A program made the position numbers and the translations under genes. Below are positions 1-13,120 of a stretch of 64,000 nt of DNA, piece by piece. The notes below the pieces were generated by a model. It saw only the letters and a list, made by a program, of their open reading frames with translations. It did no database searches and was not told the origin of the DNA. Each line of letters begins with the position of its first letter. Position 1 is the stretch's first letter. The DNA is from Perna viridis (lineage: Eukaryota): NCBI GenBank assembly GCA_037379345.1, contig CM074515.1:3782001-3846000 (forward strand). The letters are read 5' to 3'.

Positions 1-1450
1 ATGACAAAGGGGGAAACAAGCCTTTTTCAGACATTAAGAACTTTCGAATAATAAACCATATAGGTCTTTGTGATCGAGAACATACAGACATAAAATACAA
101 GAAAATGTTTTTTTAGAGCTAACAAATTGTGCTTGATTCTGTTATTAAAGGACTAATTTACCATTGAAACTATAATACTGATATCGTTATTTAACCTAAA
201 GTTCTTGTGTGATCTAACCTATAACACTGAAGGTTAAAGGTGTCGGAGATATTTATGAAAACTAACAATAAACCAAGTTTAGTAATAATGAGGGGGTGGA
301 CAAGCGGAACAGGAGTTGAGGGGCGGGAACCGGGAGTTGAGAGGACGGTAACCGGGAGCTGAGGGGGACGGGCCGGAAGTTAAGGGGGCGGGAACTGTAT
401 ACCCCCTGACCACCCCCTAATAATGCCTTGGGGTATGTTGAGGCTAAATAAAGCTTTTAGTCAGATTTTTGATGACCATGACTTTTGATCCATGACTTAA
501 GAACTGAGTAAAATCTTTCAAAACATCATTGGTTCCTAAAATACACCAATTTTATTTTCATCTTTTGAAGCGAGGAAATATCTCTGAGGGTATTAAACAG
601 ACAAAAGTACTAAATATTTTGTTGCAATCTTTACCTATGACCTGAAAAGTCAATAACAACATGCTTTATGAGAACCTAATATAAACAGTTGATTTTGTCC
701 AAAAAAGTCTAATGGATTTTTGCTGCGGTATTATCTTGTGTCTAAGGAACAAGTCTCATAACATTTTGTGTAAGAAAAATGTCATTGGTTTTCGCATATT
801 TTGCTTCTAATTCAGTCATATCACGTTGTTAAATGTCAATGTTAACGATAACAAAACCGGGGTGTGCGATAACATCGGTTTTTTCATAACCGTGTTAAAA
901 ACCACATGTTTTCATAACACCACGTTTCAAAAGAGTACCATTACTGTCCTTATCCGTTAAATCTGGACGCTGACATTTTAAGTGAATGTTGTAAAATGGT
1001 TGTTAAAGATATCAAAGGTGTTGATTTTTTCATAACTTTCCTCTCCCCTTCCACACTCGATGGAAATATACGAAAAAAAAATACGTCTTTTTGTCGGGGT
1101 GTACCTAGTTTGACACGTCGTTTTTCGCAAGTTACTGAATCGATCCCGTTGCTACATGTACGGTCAAATAAACATATGCATTCCTATGCGAGTTCTAAGG
1201 CGTATAAATTATCCTATTATTATAAGTTATAGGTTAGATCACACAAGAACTTTAGGTTAAATAACGATATCAGTATTATAGTTTCAATGGTAAATTAGTC
1301 CTTTAATAACAGAATCAAGCACAATTTGTTAGCTCTAAAAAAACATTTTCTTGTATTTTATGTCTGTATGTTCTCGATCACAAAGACCTATATGGTTTAT
1401 TATTCGAAAGTTCTTAATGTCTGAAAAAGGCTTGTTTCCCCCTTTGTCAT
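1..1450. repeat. Perfect inverted duplication: 1-225 = reverse complement of 1226-1450 (likely continues beyond the window edge)
   Basis: Compared base by base: ATGACAAAGG...CTAACCTATAAC versus GTTATAGGTTAG...CCTTTGTCAT. Confidence 0.95.
291..418. mobile_element. ~128-bp MITE with TIRs, TSD and internal G-rich ~20-bp tandem repeats
   Basis: TIR AGGGGGTGG / CCACCCCCT (13/16 when extended); flanked by the direct repeat (T)AATAATG; internal GGGAACCGGGAGTTGAG-type units. Confidence 0.75.
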
Positions 1451-2089
1451 CTCTTCTTTTATAGGCATCTCTTTACCATCAAAATAAAAAGACTCATATA
1501 AAATGAAAACCCTGTTTTTATGCCTGTATCTGATTTTATAATGTGAACAGTCACTGAAAATATAAACGACAAAAATATGGTTTACACATTCATACAGCTT
1601 TTGACGCTTGTTTCCTTTTATTCCAATTGTATTTATGTGTAACATTTTAAATGTTAAACGACATGACCGGTAACAGTCTACAGATTTATTGATTAGAAAT
1701 AATATTTTCATAACGTGTGTTAACGATATCATTTTTGTAATGACAACCAGATTGCACGATAACATCTACCGTGTTAAAAACCACATGTTTTCATTACACC
1801 ACGTTTCAAAAGAGTACCATTACTGTCCTTATCCGTGAAATCTAGACGCTGACATTTTAAGGGAATGTTGTAAAATGGTTGTTAAAGATATTAAAGGTGT
1901 TGATTTGTCATAACCTTCCTCTCCCCTTCCACACTCGATGGAAATATACGAGAAAAATACGTCGTTTTTGGGGTGTACCTAGTTTGACACGTCGTTTTTC
2001 GCAAGTTACTGAATCGATCCCGTTGCTACATGTACGGTCAAATAAACATATGCATTCCTATGCGAGTTCTAAGGCGTATAAATTATCCT
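889..2089 (+). repeat. Direct duplication of ~325 bp (889-1215 and 1768-2089)
   Basis: About ten differences in the 5' ~205 bp; the last 120 bp (1096-1215 vs 1970-2089) are identical. Confidence 0.95.
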
Positions 2090-2610
2090 GAAAAGTGATG
2101 AATAAATAGCAGAAATTTACCAGTTTCTGACAACATGTTCGGGTTTGTTTTGTTTTTGTTCAACCCTGTTAGCGATATGTACCGTGTCAACGATATCGCG
2201 TTAACCCGAGTGTTCAAAACTTACGACAGTGTTTCAATTACTATATATAAGCTATATTTAATTCCTCGTTTGTTAAAAAAAAAAAAGACTGGCACGAAAG
2301 AATTATTTTTATAACAAAAACATCATAATAAGACAGAGGGTCATAATCTTCTGGGATTAGAAAATGAAAAGAATATTGTGTTAACTTAAATTATTGCAGT
2401 AATCTTATTAAAGTTCCAGTTTAGAGTATATTTGACCCCGACATAGTTTTAGGATACTGTTTGTTATGGTGAATGTTTATCTACTGTAAACTAATAGGTA
2501 TAAGACTTTCATTCTAGCTTAGGAACTAACAATATAATTTCAATGCAAAAACAACTCACAAACATAAGTTACAATATATTCCAATTTGTACGATGGTAGA
2601 ATGCGCCATT

Positions 2611-3078
2611 CAAGATACTATGTCGTTCCCAATAGACAGTTATGTCGTTCCCACAAGACAGTATGTCGTTCTCACGTGATAATTATACCGTATCCTCAAG
2701 ACTCTACATGTCGGTCTCACAAGAGAATTATTTTCTTCCCTCAATATGTCATGTTGTTCGCCTCCAGATACTATGGCGATCCCTCAATATGTCATGTTGT
2801 TCGCCTCCAGATACTATGGCGATCCCTCAATATATTATGTTGTTCCATCAAGATTATAGATCTTTTCCACAAGATTGTTATATAGTTGGGTAAACAAAAT
2901 CTATACCTTGCGGGAACGAAATAGTATTTTGAGAAAACGACATAACCATCTCATATTATGTTGAGGGAACGACATAACTTTAGGGAACTACATACTTTCT
3001 CGAGGGAATAAGAACAATTTCTTGTGGGAACGAATTTTATCTCGAGGGAATAACATATCATGTTGAGGGAACGACATA
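2611..3078. repeat. Foldback-like inverted array of a degenerate ~21-bp unit (ATGTCGTTCCCTCAAGATACT)
   Basis: About 12 units on + (2611-2880) and about 7 on - (GAGGGAACGACAT, 2905-3078); includes a perfect 43-bp tandem duplication at 2738-2823. Confidence 0.8.
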
Positions 3079-3382
3079 AAAGATTTTTCACCCTGCTACA
3101 GTAAATTTGTTATCCTTTGATATTCTTACTCACCCTGAACCAATATGTAGCAGAAGTACAAACCTGTCAGTGACAGACTTTACTGAATCAAGTACAATAA
3201 GTTATATCTTACACACTATATGTACACGATCAGCAAACTTTATACGGTTTTTAATCATTTAATACATACACCTGCAACCTCAAGTCTATATCGCTCCAAT
3301 TGTTTATAACCCCTGGATCGAAATATTGAATATTTTGACATGTTAGTTTGCATTCTTTTTTAAAATAAATATTTCATGTGGT

Positions 3383-3404
3383 TATATATATATATATATA
3401 TATA
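3383..3404. repeat. (TA)n microsatellite
   Basis: (TA)11 read directly. Confidence 0.9.
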
Positions 3405-6400
3405 CATATTGATATTCCTCTACACGGAACTTCGTGAATATTGTTTTTATAGAATGAAAGGATTTTAAAAATATGAAATACAAAACATTGTACAAAACGT
3501 TCGCGTTTTCTTTTTAATATTGTCGAAGCATTTTCGGAAACACATTGCGTTTAAAACGTGTTTTGTCACAATGTTTTAAAACATGTCTGACCAAGCTCCA
3601 TAACAGTCTGACCATTGAAATTCACTCTAGACGCTGCAACCAGCCCTTTCAGAAAAATTCCAGAATCTTGCGAAGTCAAGAGAAGAGGTGATTAATCTTA
3701 CTCGACGTTATCCGTTTGTCAAACGACGCAATGTCCAAGAATTTCGAAAGGCCTGTCAAGAGACGGAATGAACGTCTCCCATTGCATGAACTTTGCATGC
3801 TTGAATGGATCAAGCCAGGCTCCGGACAACATTTGATGTTGAAACTAAATCTATAATAGTACATGGTAATCTTTAGTGTACCGCTGGGGAGAGCTTGTGT
3901 ATCATTACATACAACGTGACAGCCAGGGAATAGTACATATTATTAAAATCGGCTGCACACCATAAATACTATAATTTTGAACAAAATGATAGATCCCAAA
4001 TCTCCTGGCTTTCTAAAATTTCATTGCCATTGAATCAATGTATTTTGTAAATAACAGAGATTAATTTTAATTACCTTTGTATGAAAACGTCAAAAGTAAA
4101 AATGTATTTAAAAACAAGCACTTGTCAATGAAATCTCTGCTGAGCCTTGTATGTGTTCTTTGGGCTAATGTAATATCACCTACGACATCAAATAACTCAA
4201 ATACGAATATTTTAATTAGTTTCTTTTAAAATTCACCTTCTATTCAGTTAAAAATTATATGCATTGGTGTTTATTTGAATACTTCATGATTTGTTATAAT
4301 TGTTATCAAAAATCGCAGAAATCTCACAAATCAATAATGATCTAACAAAATGTAATCCCTGATATACTGTTTGTTTGATTTTGTTGTTGATTTTTGTTGT
4401 TTTTTTGCAAAACTAGTATTAAAAAAGTGAAGACATAACTATCAAATATACCGTACATTTTCACAACTTTCAAACGAGCTTTGAAAGTAGATATACTGTA
4501 ACTTCAAATACCCTTTCTCGGTCCCGTCAATGCTGTAATCACTAGAGCCATGCAACGCACTGTAGGTAGGAATAAACGGAAGTAAATATAGAAGATGGTT
4601 ATATATAGAACTATTCTTTGACGTGACAGATCCAATACTCCAGCAATGCTGGAGATTGTCTGGCAAGCTATTTTCTGTCTTGGTGCCATCCTGGCGGAAT
4701 TCCAAGCTCTTACGTTGTAGGAGTAACAGATCCCAGTGAAACAACAAAACAAAAAGCACATTTCAAGAACATTTCAAAATTTTAACATAGTTTTAACAGT
4801 TTTGCTTACCGTGAACTCATCTCAAATTTAAGCTTATCCTTTCAGATCAGGCATTCCACATTATAACGGTAAATTAGTGACAATCTCATGCAAACGTCCT
4901 CCTAATCATTTATACACTAGTGTTCTCACCAGGATATTCTCAAATCATTTAAATACTAAAAATTCATCATAATTCATACTCATATGGAATATTATGTATT
5001 TTAAATCCTTATGAATTGAAAATTCCTACGTAAAGCTTAATGATAGGCATTATAACTCAGAGCTATTGAAGCATGAAATGATACTGAATAGTCCCGCATA
5101 CCTAAAAGTAGAGTAAATATTGATTTCATAAAAGGTGAATTATCAAAATGGGATCGCTCTTCTTAGCATATTGACTTTTTGTTATAATTCTTTAATTTTG
5201 TTTGTTAATTTAAAAGTATTGTTAGTCAATTGCAAATTTAAACCACTGTATTTACATGATAATACAGGTAGAATGCTGTACGGGCGACAAAGTGTACCAG
5301 CGATGATACCAACAGTATAAATTAGTCAATACATGGAGTATTTTAGCTAATGTCTACTATCGGCATTAAGTGCCAAAATGAGTTAGGTGTAGATCAAAGC
5401 TTGTGTGTGTTTATGTATATATACACTATTTTCATTTGGTTCATTCGCATTAATAAAGAGAGTAAGTTACCATCGACAAAAAGAAGGGGAATACTGTGTT
5501 TTATAGCAAAGAGTATTAATGTTTTCAGAAATGATTAGGTAAGAATCCTAAAGCAGCACCATAAAAAGACAAAAGCAGACAAAAAAAAAAAAAAACAAAA
5601 AACAAAAACAAAAACAAGAAAAAAAGGAAAAGAACTAAACCAACTATTTTAAAGTACATATATAGCGATCTTTCTACATAAACGCCACACGTTGTTTTGT
5701 CGGATTCCAATTTTAATACACAATGAAATGTTTATCAGTTTGTAAACAAACAAACAATGCATGTAACTGTTTGGATATTTAAATCCTATCTTATGGGATC
5801 ATCTCCATGTCACTCTGGCACGGGACTACAAATCGTCAGTGGAATGCGTACTGTTACACATTGATTGTCAGAATGTTTTCAAAACTAAATGGTTTTGGGG
5901 GTTAGACCCCCTTTTTCGTTGGATAATTTTGTGCAAAATAGAGACGGAAATTAGTCAATAGTAGCCTAGATTATTATTCTTTTTATATTTTTTTTATCGG
6001 AAACACACCTCCACCCTCCGATCAGTGACGACTGAGTGTATCAAAAACCTAAGCTTATAACTGCATAGACTTTAATCTGATTATAAACGTAAGAATAGAT
6101 GTGATCTTCTTATATAACGGTGTTCAAGGTCACCCCTGCTTTGATTTGGTATAATCTGAAAAGTCATATTGCAAAGAAGAATTCAGGGTGGATCCACAAT
6201 AGTCCATGGAATGGAAGAATCCACCGTGCATCTTCAGTTGTTCGAATGGCTCAGATAAACCCCGTTCATCCCTCCCACTCGTTTAATATTTAATGATTTT
6301 ATATATACCCTTATGCCTCCCATTAACGACGAATTGTCGCCTAAAATGAACTGAAGCATTGTTATATTTGTACCCACTTTTATTCCACGTCGAGCAAAAA

Positions 6401-9400
6401 CAAAACAAAACAAAACAAAAAACAAACAAACAAACAGACAAACATAAAAATTTTTTTTCTTTTTTTTTCTTTTTGTATTTAATTCTTCAAAATTCTACAT
6501 TTTACGAATCGAAGAAAACTATAATACAAGTATATAGGTATCACTGTGTAGCTCAATGTCTTAGCTTTCTAATGGAATAAACAAGTTGCGATTAAAACTT
6601 CTTTTTTATAAATACATACAAAGTCCTTTACAACTAGTTCCGACGCAGTCGATATATTTTCGCTTTTTACCTTTTGACCTTAAAAGACGGTCTTCCATGG
6701 AAACGCAAGTCACCTGATCGCAATGCTGTTTCCCCATTGGTCAAATACTGATCACTTAGTGGCGTTCGAAAAAACTGAATCGAAATTGCGTGCCATGTGT
6801 TATTTCTTGAATTGTGGAAAATTATAAAATTTTACTGCGTCGGCTATCTTTTTGTAAAAGATAGTACTTTTTTTTTCATTATTATTTATGAAAAGAAACT
6901 GACTTTTGGTAAGAGAGATATGCTTGTAAAGTTTCAGAAATGCTTTTACCGATTACTTGAGGTAAATACTGTCATTGCTCGCGCCTAGCACATAGTGGGT
7001 GGAGGCATAAACTTAGACAATTTAACTATCAAAGTTTGGTGCTTTAGATGTTAACAGAATAAAAGACTAATCTTCATAAAGCATTCTAGTATGCTTGGTA
7101 GTATAACACATTTCAATAGAGAGTTTTTCCTAAACGTTACACCATTTAATATATATATATATATATAATTACATATATCGCCTACATGAGCACTGTAATT
7201 ATTTTCTATTCAGGTTTTTTCTATATCTCTCGTATTCATCAGATTGAATGAAAGTGTGAGAAATATTTCGAAACACCAATCAAAATAATTTAAAAGAATA
7301 TAATGGACAAAAAAAAACTAAGTTATTTCTTATAATTTGAACATTCGGAAGCTTTTGTAATTTCTATATGTACGGTTAATTCACAACAACCATAATAGTA
7401 TTTTTAAGTCTCACAACCTGTTGTAGGTTTCGCCCATCATTTAACATTACAAATGGACAGTCGACTTGATCTGATCAAAAACTTACACGATATATAGTTA
7501 TAAAGCTAACCATGCAATGTTAAATAAACGTCATACCCAAAATCAGAAATATCACATATCTATCAGAAATACCACATATCTACAGCTTTGTCATTTTGTT
7601 GAAATATACAACTTCTAATAAACACGGTGATATAACATCTTACCTTTTCTTCGACATGTTAACGATACAAAGTTTTTAGTCTGAAGATGACTTTTATATA
7701 CCAATCTATGACAATATATATCTTAAGGTGGTCAAATTAAAACTATTTATCACCTTCAATAAGTCGTTTCTAGTATTGCCGGGCTACCACTGCACTGTTC
7801 TTTAGTTTAAATACCTAAGTAATCATAATGTTATTCTCCACAGGCTATACAGTTATCATAAATTAAAACTTCTTACACTTAACAAACTATGTAGTACACC
7901 AAAAATATACTACATTTGGTCTGACAACAGGATATACATCAGCTTCAGAAAGTCAAACCCCGTCTCATGTTTCGACTCAACCAATAATACATTGCATCCA
8001 TCCATTACAAAAGAAAAATAATGACACAGTATATTAGTCTTGTTGGCCATTAGATTTTCTATATTATTATTTATAAAGGCAGACAAAAGACAAAACTCGG
8101 CCGAACATTGTGAAAATCTGTGTAAAGGTAGATGGCTAAACCATGAATCGATTTAAAAAAATGCTTCGTTTCGTGAGTCGTGATTGAAAACCGTCTAAAA
8201 AGTTCTAAATATACCATTTCAATTAGCATAAAATGGTATTTAGAATATTGATGAGACAAACTTTTTGATATGCTCAAATTGGCGTTGCCGTGGTGACGGA
8301 AAATTGCCATTCAGCTTAAACGACCCTTAGCTGTATGATGGGATGGAAATGGAAAAAAAAATATAAAGACGAACAAGTACAATACAAATCTTCATGTCAA
8401 ATCCTCGTCATCTTATAGGGCTATTTCTGTTGGAGAACATCATATCAAGAATATCGTCTTAATCACCCCTTATCAAATACAAACTTATGATTTTTGCTCC
8501 CGTTGGTCAACCAGTACCATTTTATTCTACGGCGAGCTTTTTTTTTCTCCACGCCAACATATATCATTGTCATTATATCTATTACAAAAAGAAGTGTGCA
8601 ACATACCAACATTATGGTTGGTATTTTTGTAATTTGACAATGAACAAATTGTGACATATTTATCAATATTCTGTGGATTATTATGACACATACAGACAAA
8701 TGTGGGCATTACATACATAAAATTAATATTCATTCCAAATAAATAAAGCAGTAATACTTGTCAATTTGTTACAGTTGCTAAGATAACACCTTTAAAGTGT
8801 CAACAGCAAAAACGCAAATGCACACGAAAAAGTCACTATCAAACAAGTAATTCACTTGGTAACTAACTAACCTGTAATTCGCAACATGCTTTAAAATCGA
8901 ATGTTGACACAAACTTAGCAATTTAATCGATAAATCCTAGACGTTATTATAAAGATCGACAAAACAAGCAGGCCGAGTGTTAGCATCAACCATTAAGAAG
9001 AAGAAAAACATGACTCACCACACTCCCATGTTGCAGCCAATATGTAGGAGGAGCATACTCTGGTCCTGTAAACCCAACTATGATAACTTGTATGGTCTTT
9101 ATTACCTTTAATCTGTTTTACCCACTGACGGCTTTTTAACTATAAAAGAGAGAAAAGTACCTGATATAACTCCTTTATCAGTGGTACGTTGGTCATTAAC
9201 GATAACTAATGATATATATATATACTTCGATGTGTTTGGCTCTATTGTATGTTGGGTTTTATTTCTGTAAATATGGAAAGTCATCAGATCTAGGCTGGAA
9301 TTTTCACCATTTATTAAATGCAAAAGAAAATAACCGTTCCGTGTGCACACCAACATCCTTCTAAGTTTAAGGCTACCATGCGTAAACCTAAGTCGGCTGT

Positions 9401-9567
9401 TGAAACTACTCGCCATATTTCCTGTGATTCATTTTTTTACTTTGTTTACTTTTTAAAAACAAAATTCACCTTAATATCATTATCATTGCACATACAATTT
9501 TGATTTTATTATATGTATATCCATGTAACCAGAATTAAGAAACAAATTTCATTCTGCTCCTACTGCT

Positions 9568-9890
9568 TTATCCGGATAACGTTGACCAGTTACCCTGTTC
9601 CCAACGACTTTATCCGGATAACGATGACCAGTAACCTCGTTCCCATTTTATCTGGATAACGGAGACCAGTAACCCTATCCCTTGCTGCCTTAACCCGCGG
9701 ATAACAATGATCAATTATCCTGCTCAGTCCCTACTGCTACAATCGGATAGCGGCCAGTCATCCTGTTCCCTTCCGCTTGACCCAGATTATGGGGACCAGT
9801 ATTCCTGTTCTCTTCTGATTACCCGGATAACGATGACCAGTAATCCTGTTTCCTAAGGCTTACCCGGATAACGGTGACCAGAAATCTTAT
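9568..9890 (+). repeat. Degenerate ~41-bp minisatellite, ~8 units (CCGGATAACGATGACCAGTAAYCCTGTTCCC...)
   Basis: CGGATAAC...GACCAG core recurs at ~38-50 bp spacing. Confidence 0.85.
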
Positions 9891-12800
9891 TCAGAGTGCG
9901 GTGACTTGTACTCCTATTCCTTACGATTTTATTTGAAATGGGGTACTCAACAAATCTTTTATACTACCGGAAAGCTAGAAATTCAAGTTTGCCCAAAATC
10001 TTAATAATTTTTTCTTCTAACAAATGGGGTCTTACCTGAATTTGTCAATGTTTATGCCATGGCCATCTCAGGAAAACTTTTGCTACTAATATAATTGCAA
10101 TAATGTGCTTTTCTGTTACATCTATATAGATGCCAATTCTTTCCAATTTTTGCGGTTTTGTGGGTCTTAACTTGTTAACTCTGCGTTGCTCTGTTATTTC
10201 AATGAATATTGTTTGTGTTACTCGGACCTTACCGTAGTTAAATAAGAAAATTCAAGTTTTACGAGCTTAAAAGCAAAAAACAAATTCAACTTGAGCATAA
10301 TTGATAAACAAGAATTCAGACGAACTATCTCGATTTATTGCCCTTTCTCACTTTGTTCGTACACCTGAAGTTTTTACAAGTGTCTTTAAGTATATCATGG
10401 TTACCAGATAGATTAGTGTAAATGGAGATGAAATGAGAGTATAAAGTTAAATCCTTAAGTTTGCAATAAAACACCAATGTTTGCAAACACGTCTTAAGAA
10501 ACTCAAGTTTAAATGGCTGTAGTTATGGTGAAATAGAACGGCAATTTGTATACTTTTAGAGAAAGGAGTTGAATTTAATTGAATGACTTAAATAAATTAT
10601 CAAACTTTAAAGTGTAGAAGTGAAATGCACCGCCATGGACACTTAACAGTAAGGTATATTTGCATTCTCTAGGGTCACACCTTTGTTCTGTGTTTTTTAT
10701 TCCAACAGAAAAAAATAAATTAAAAAAAAAAAACACTTGGTGGTACTCATCAAGAGGAAGGAGTGATATGACAAATCTTATTGAACCACCAGAATTTGTT
10801 TCGAGATTTTTTTACCATATTCTATGCATAGAATATATCATGAACAAAGCTTGAAACAATTGCATGTTACATGTGGTTTGAACGCTAGATTAACACCATT
10901 GATACATTAACGAGTGACACAACTTTAATATTCATGAAGCTGCATGTGATCATAGTGGTATAAATGTGTTCACGTGCAGTTGTTTGAAGTATCTTTTTAT
11001 CACCGGCCTTGTACACTTTCTCACTATTTTTTTTCAAATTGAGCTAAATAGTTGTCTACTATCCTCTCATTGTTTTTCGTCGGTTATTGGCCCATTAACA
11101 TTTATCCTTACATGCATACTCATTAGAAGTTATATTACAGTTAAGATACTACATGTACTTGTATGCCTATGACACGCGGCTATATATATCGTTTGATAGA
11201 GAAGACGATGCCTCATCAGAATATCGATGTCGTCCTTAATTAACTCGTTATCTATCGTGATCACGGGCGATGAAAATCGGATCAGAGGTCAAAAAATAAT
11301 TTCCTTAAGAAAAAAAACGTTTATTTTCAATGTGAATGTCGCATTCATTTTTGTATAATTTCAAACATTGTCGTTTCATACCCTAGCTTAACGGGTGCTC
11401 TGTAAAGTAACAGTCTTTAAAATTATTTGATTTCTGTTAGTTAATTGTACATAGGGCTATGATCACGTAGAGGTTGAAAATTTTGGCGTTTTTTACATCT
11501 AAGATGTTAAGATGGTCTTGACATTTTTATTTCTTTTCTCTTAAAATCATAATCACTATGTATCAAAGATGTTTTATTATAAAATATGACATTTCATTTT
11601 TGTGCAAATATTGTGTATGTACTTTGGTAGCTGCACTTAGCTACTTGGATGAAGAAACCGAACAAAGTCAATATGTATCCCAGTTCGTTTGGGGGAAATA
11701 ATCATGTGACCTGTTAAGCTTACATATCTATACTACAAAGGAAGAGGCCGATTTCTTTGAGCCGCAACTCCTCTAAAACCATACAAGGTCGAATATATTT
11801 GTGATATGAGGAATAAATGTAGTGTTGTGCACTTCCTAAATTTGTCTTTGAAACAATCTTTTTTTCTACGGAAAAGGCGAATTTTTGGGAAAATATCCAA
11901 ATTCGAAGACCACATTGGTCGGTGTGTTATAATACGCTTTCGCACATGCTCAATCGACGTACTTGTCCGGATCGTGTGTACATGTACGATTATTGTTTGC
12001 TGCTCGGGCGTGAAACCCCAACAATCATTCAATCAATCATTATTTTGCTTAATTAAACAACATCCATCAATCTCTGGGGTGCAAAGGTGTAGAACGTGTC
12101 GAAATAAATCCCCCCTTTTTGTGTACAAAAACACCTGAAGTCCGAGGGTAAACCCTCCCCCTTTTATGTGTAATAAAAACACCTGCACCCGAAGACAAGA
12201 CTAAAGTCAGGACCCCTCCCCATTTTCATGTGTAAACCCCTTACTCATTGTTTATTTGGGTTGAGCAGAAAATTAAACGTAAATTCGTTACCAACCTCAT
12301 CCTATACCCCCCCCCAAAAAAAATGGATCATCGGTAACAGAGAGTGAAAGTCATTCCAAAATTCCGCGGACCCAAGGCAATATCCGGCGTGCCTACTTAC
12401 ATGTATTGTTTGCCAGCGTATTTTTCAACATTTATAGTAAAATAAGGAAAATTTTCGTAACATTTTTCTCAGGAAAGGGTCATGGTCAACTCTTCTTAAA
12501 CCACTTTTGCAATTTGAACGAAACTGTTTACCATTGATGTATGGTAGATGATCGTAGATCCTTTACAACGATTTATCATTTTTGTTTTTGGGTCCATCGA
12601 ATTAGTACTGTGTCCACACTTTGTTCAGTCGACCGCGATTTCACGGGCATTCTCTAGTGTATAATAATATGTTGCAATGTAATTTATGTTATGTGGTAAA
12701 GAAGGAGTTTAAAGTCTTATTACTTGTGCTTGATATAACTGCCGCTTTTGTATTGACAATAAAATATGTTTAAACTATATTAAACAGAAGCTGATGTATC

Positions 12801-13120
12801 GTAAATGTAGTTGCACACTAAATCAAGTAAATGGTTCACGAGTTTAAATAAACATAAACAGCTGCGCCACGAGCGCATGATACGCTCGTCGTCTTGTTAA
12901 GAAAAGATGTTCTGGAATAATTCAGGGTTGTACAGGATACCACGCTAAGTATATACTGACCATTCTTTTGACCAGCGAAATTGCTAACAACTTGTTTCAT
13001 ACCAAATTGAAGCAACAATTCTGATTAAATGAGCAGATTTTTGCAAGGAATATTTTGCATATCAATACTTAAATTAAAAATTTGAAAGTTTCATAAAACA
13101 GAAAGTTGATAAAAGAGAGA

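Noticed and set aside
996-2893. ORFs 996-1232, 1400-1765, 1879-2091, 2586-2885, 2642-2893
   Set aside because: By-products of the local duplication and the 21-bp array; no domain signal.
3600-4810. Possible small minus-strand gene (ORFs 3676-3864, 4442-4759, 4504-4761; donor-like sites near 4510 and 4808)
   Set aside because: It is GC-richer than its surroundings, but I could not build a consistent spliced frame or recognise any protein family. It needs BLASTX and RNA-seq.
9568-9890. CRISPR-like repeat-spacer array
   Set aside because: The repeats are degenerate, the 'spacers' are short and mutually homologous, there are no cas genes, and the context is an intron-containing animal genome.
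11990-12330. SINE-like tail (GGCGTGAAACCCCAACAATCATTCAATCAATC) and decayed C-run MITE
   Set aside because: Probably repeat debris, but boundaries and family cannot be supported by eye.
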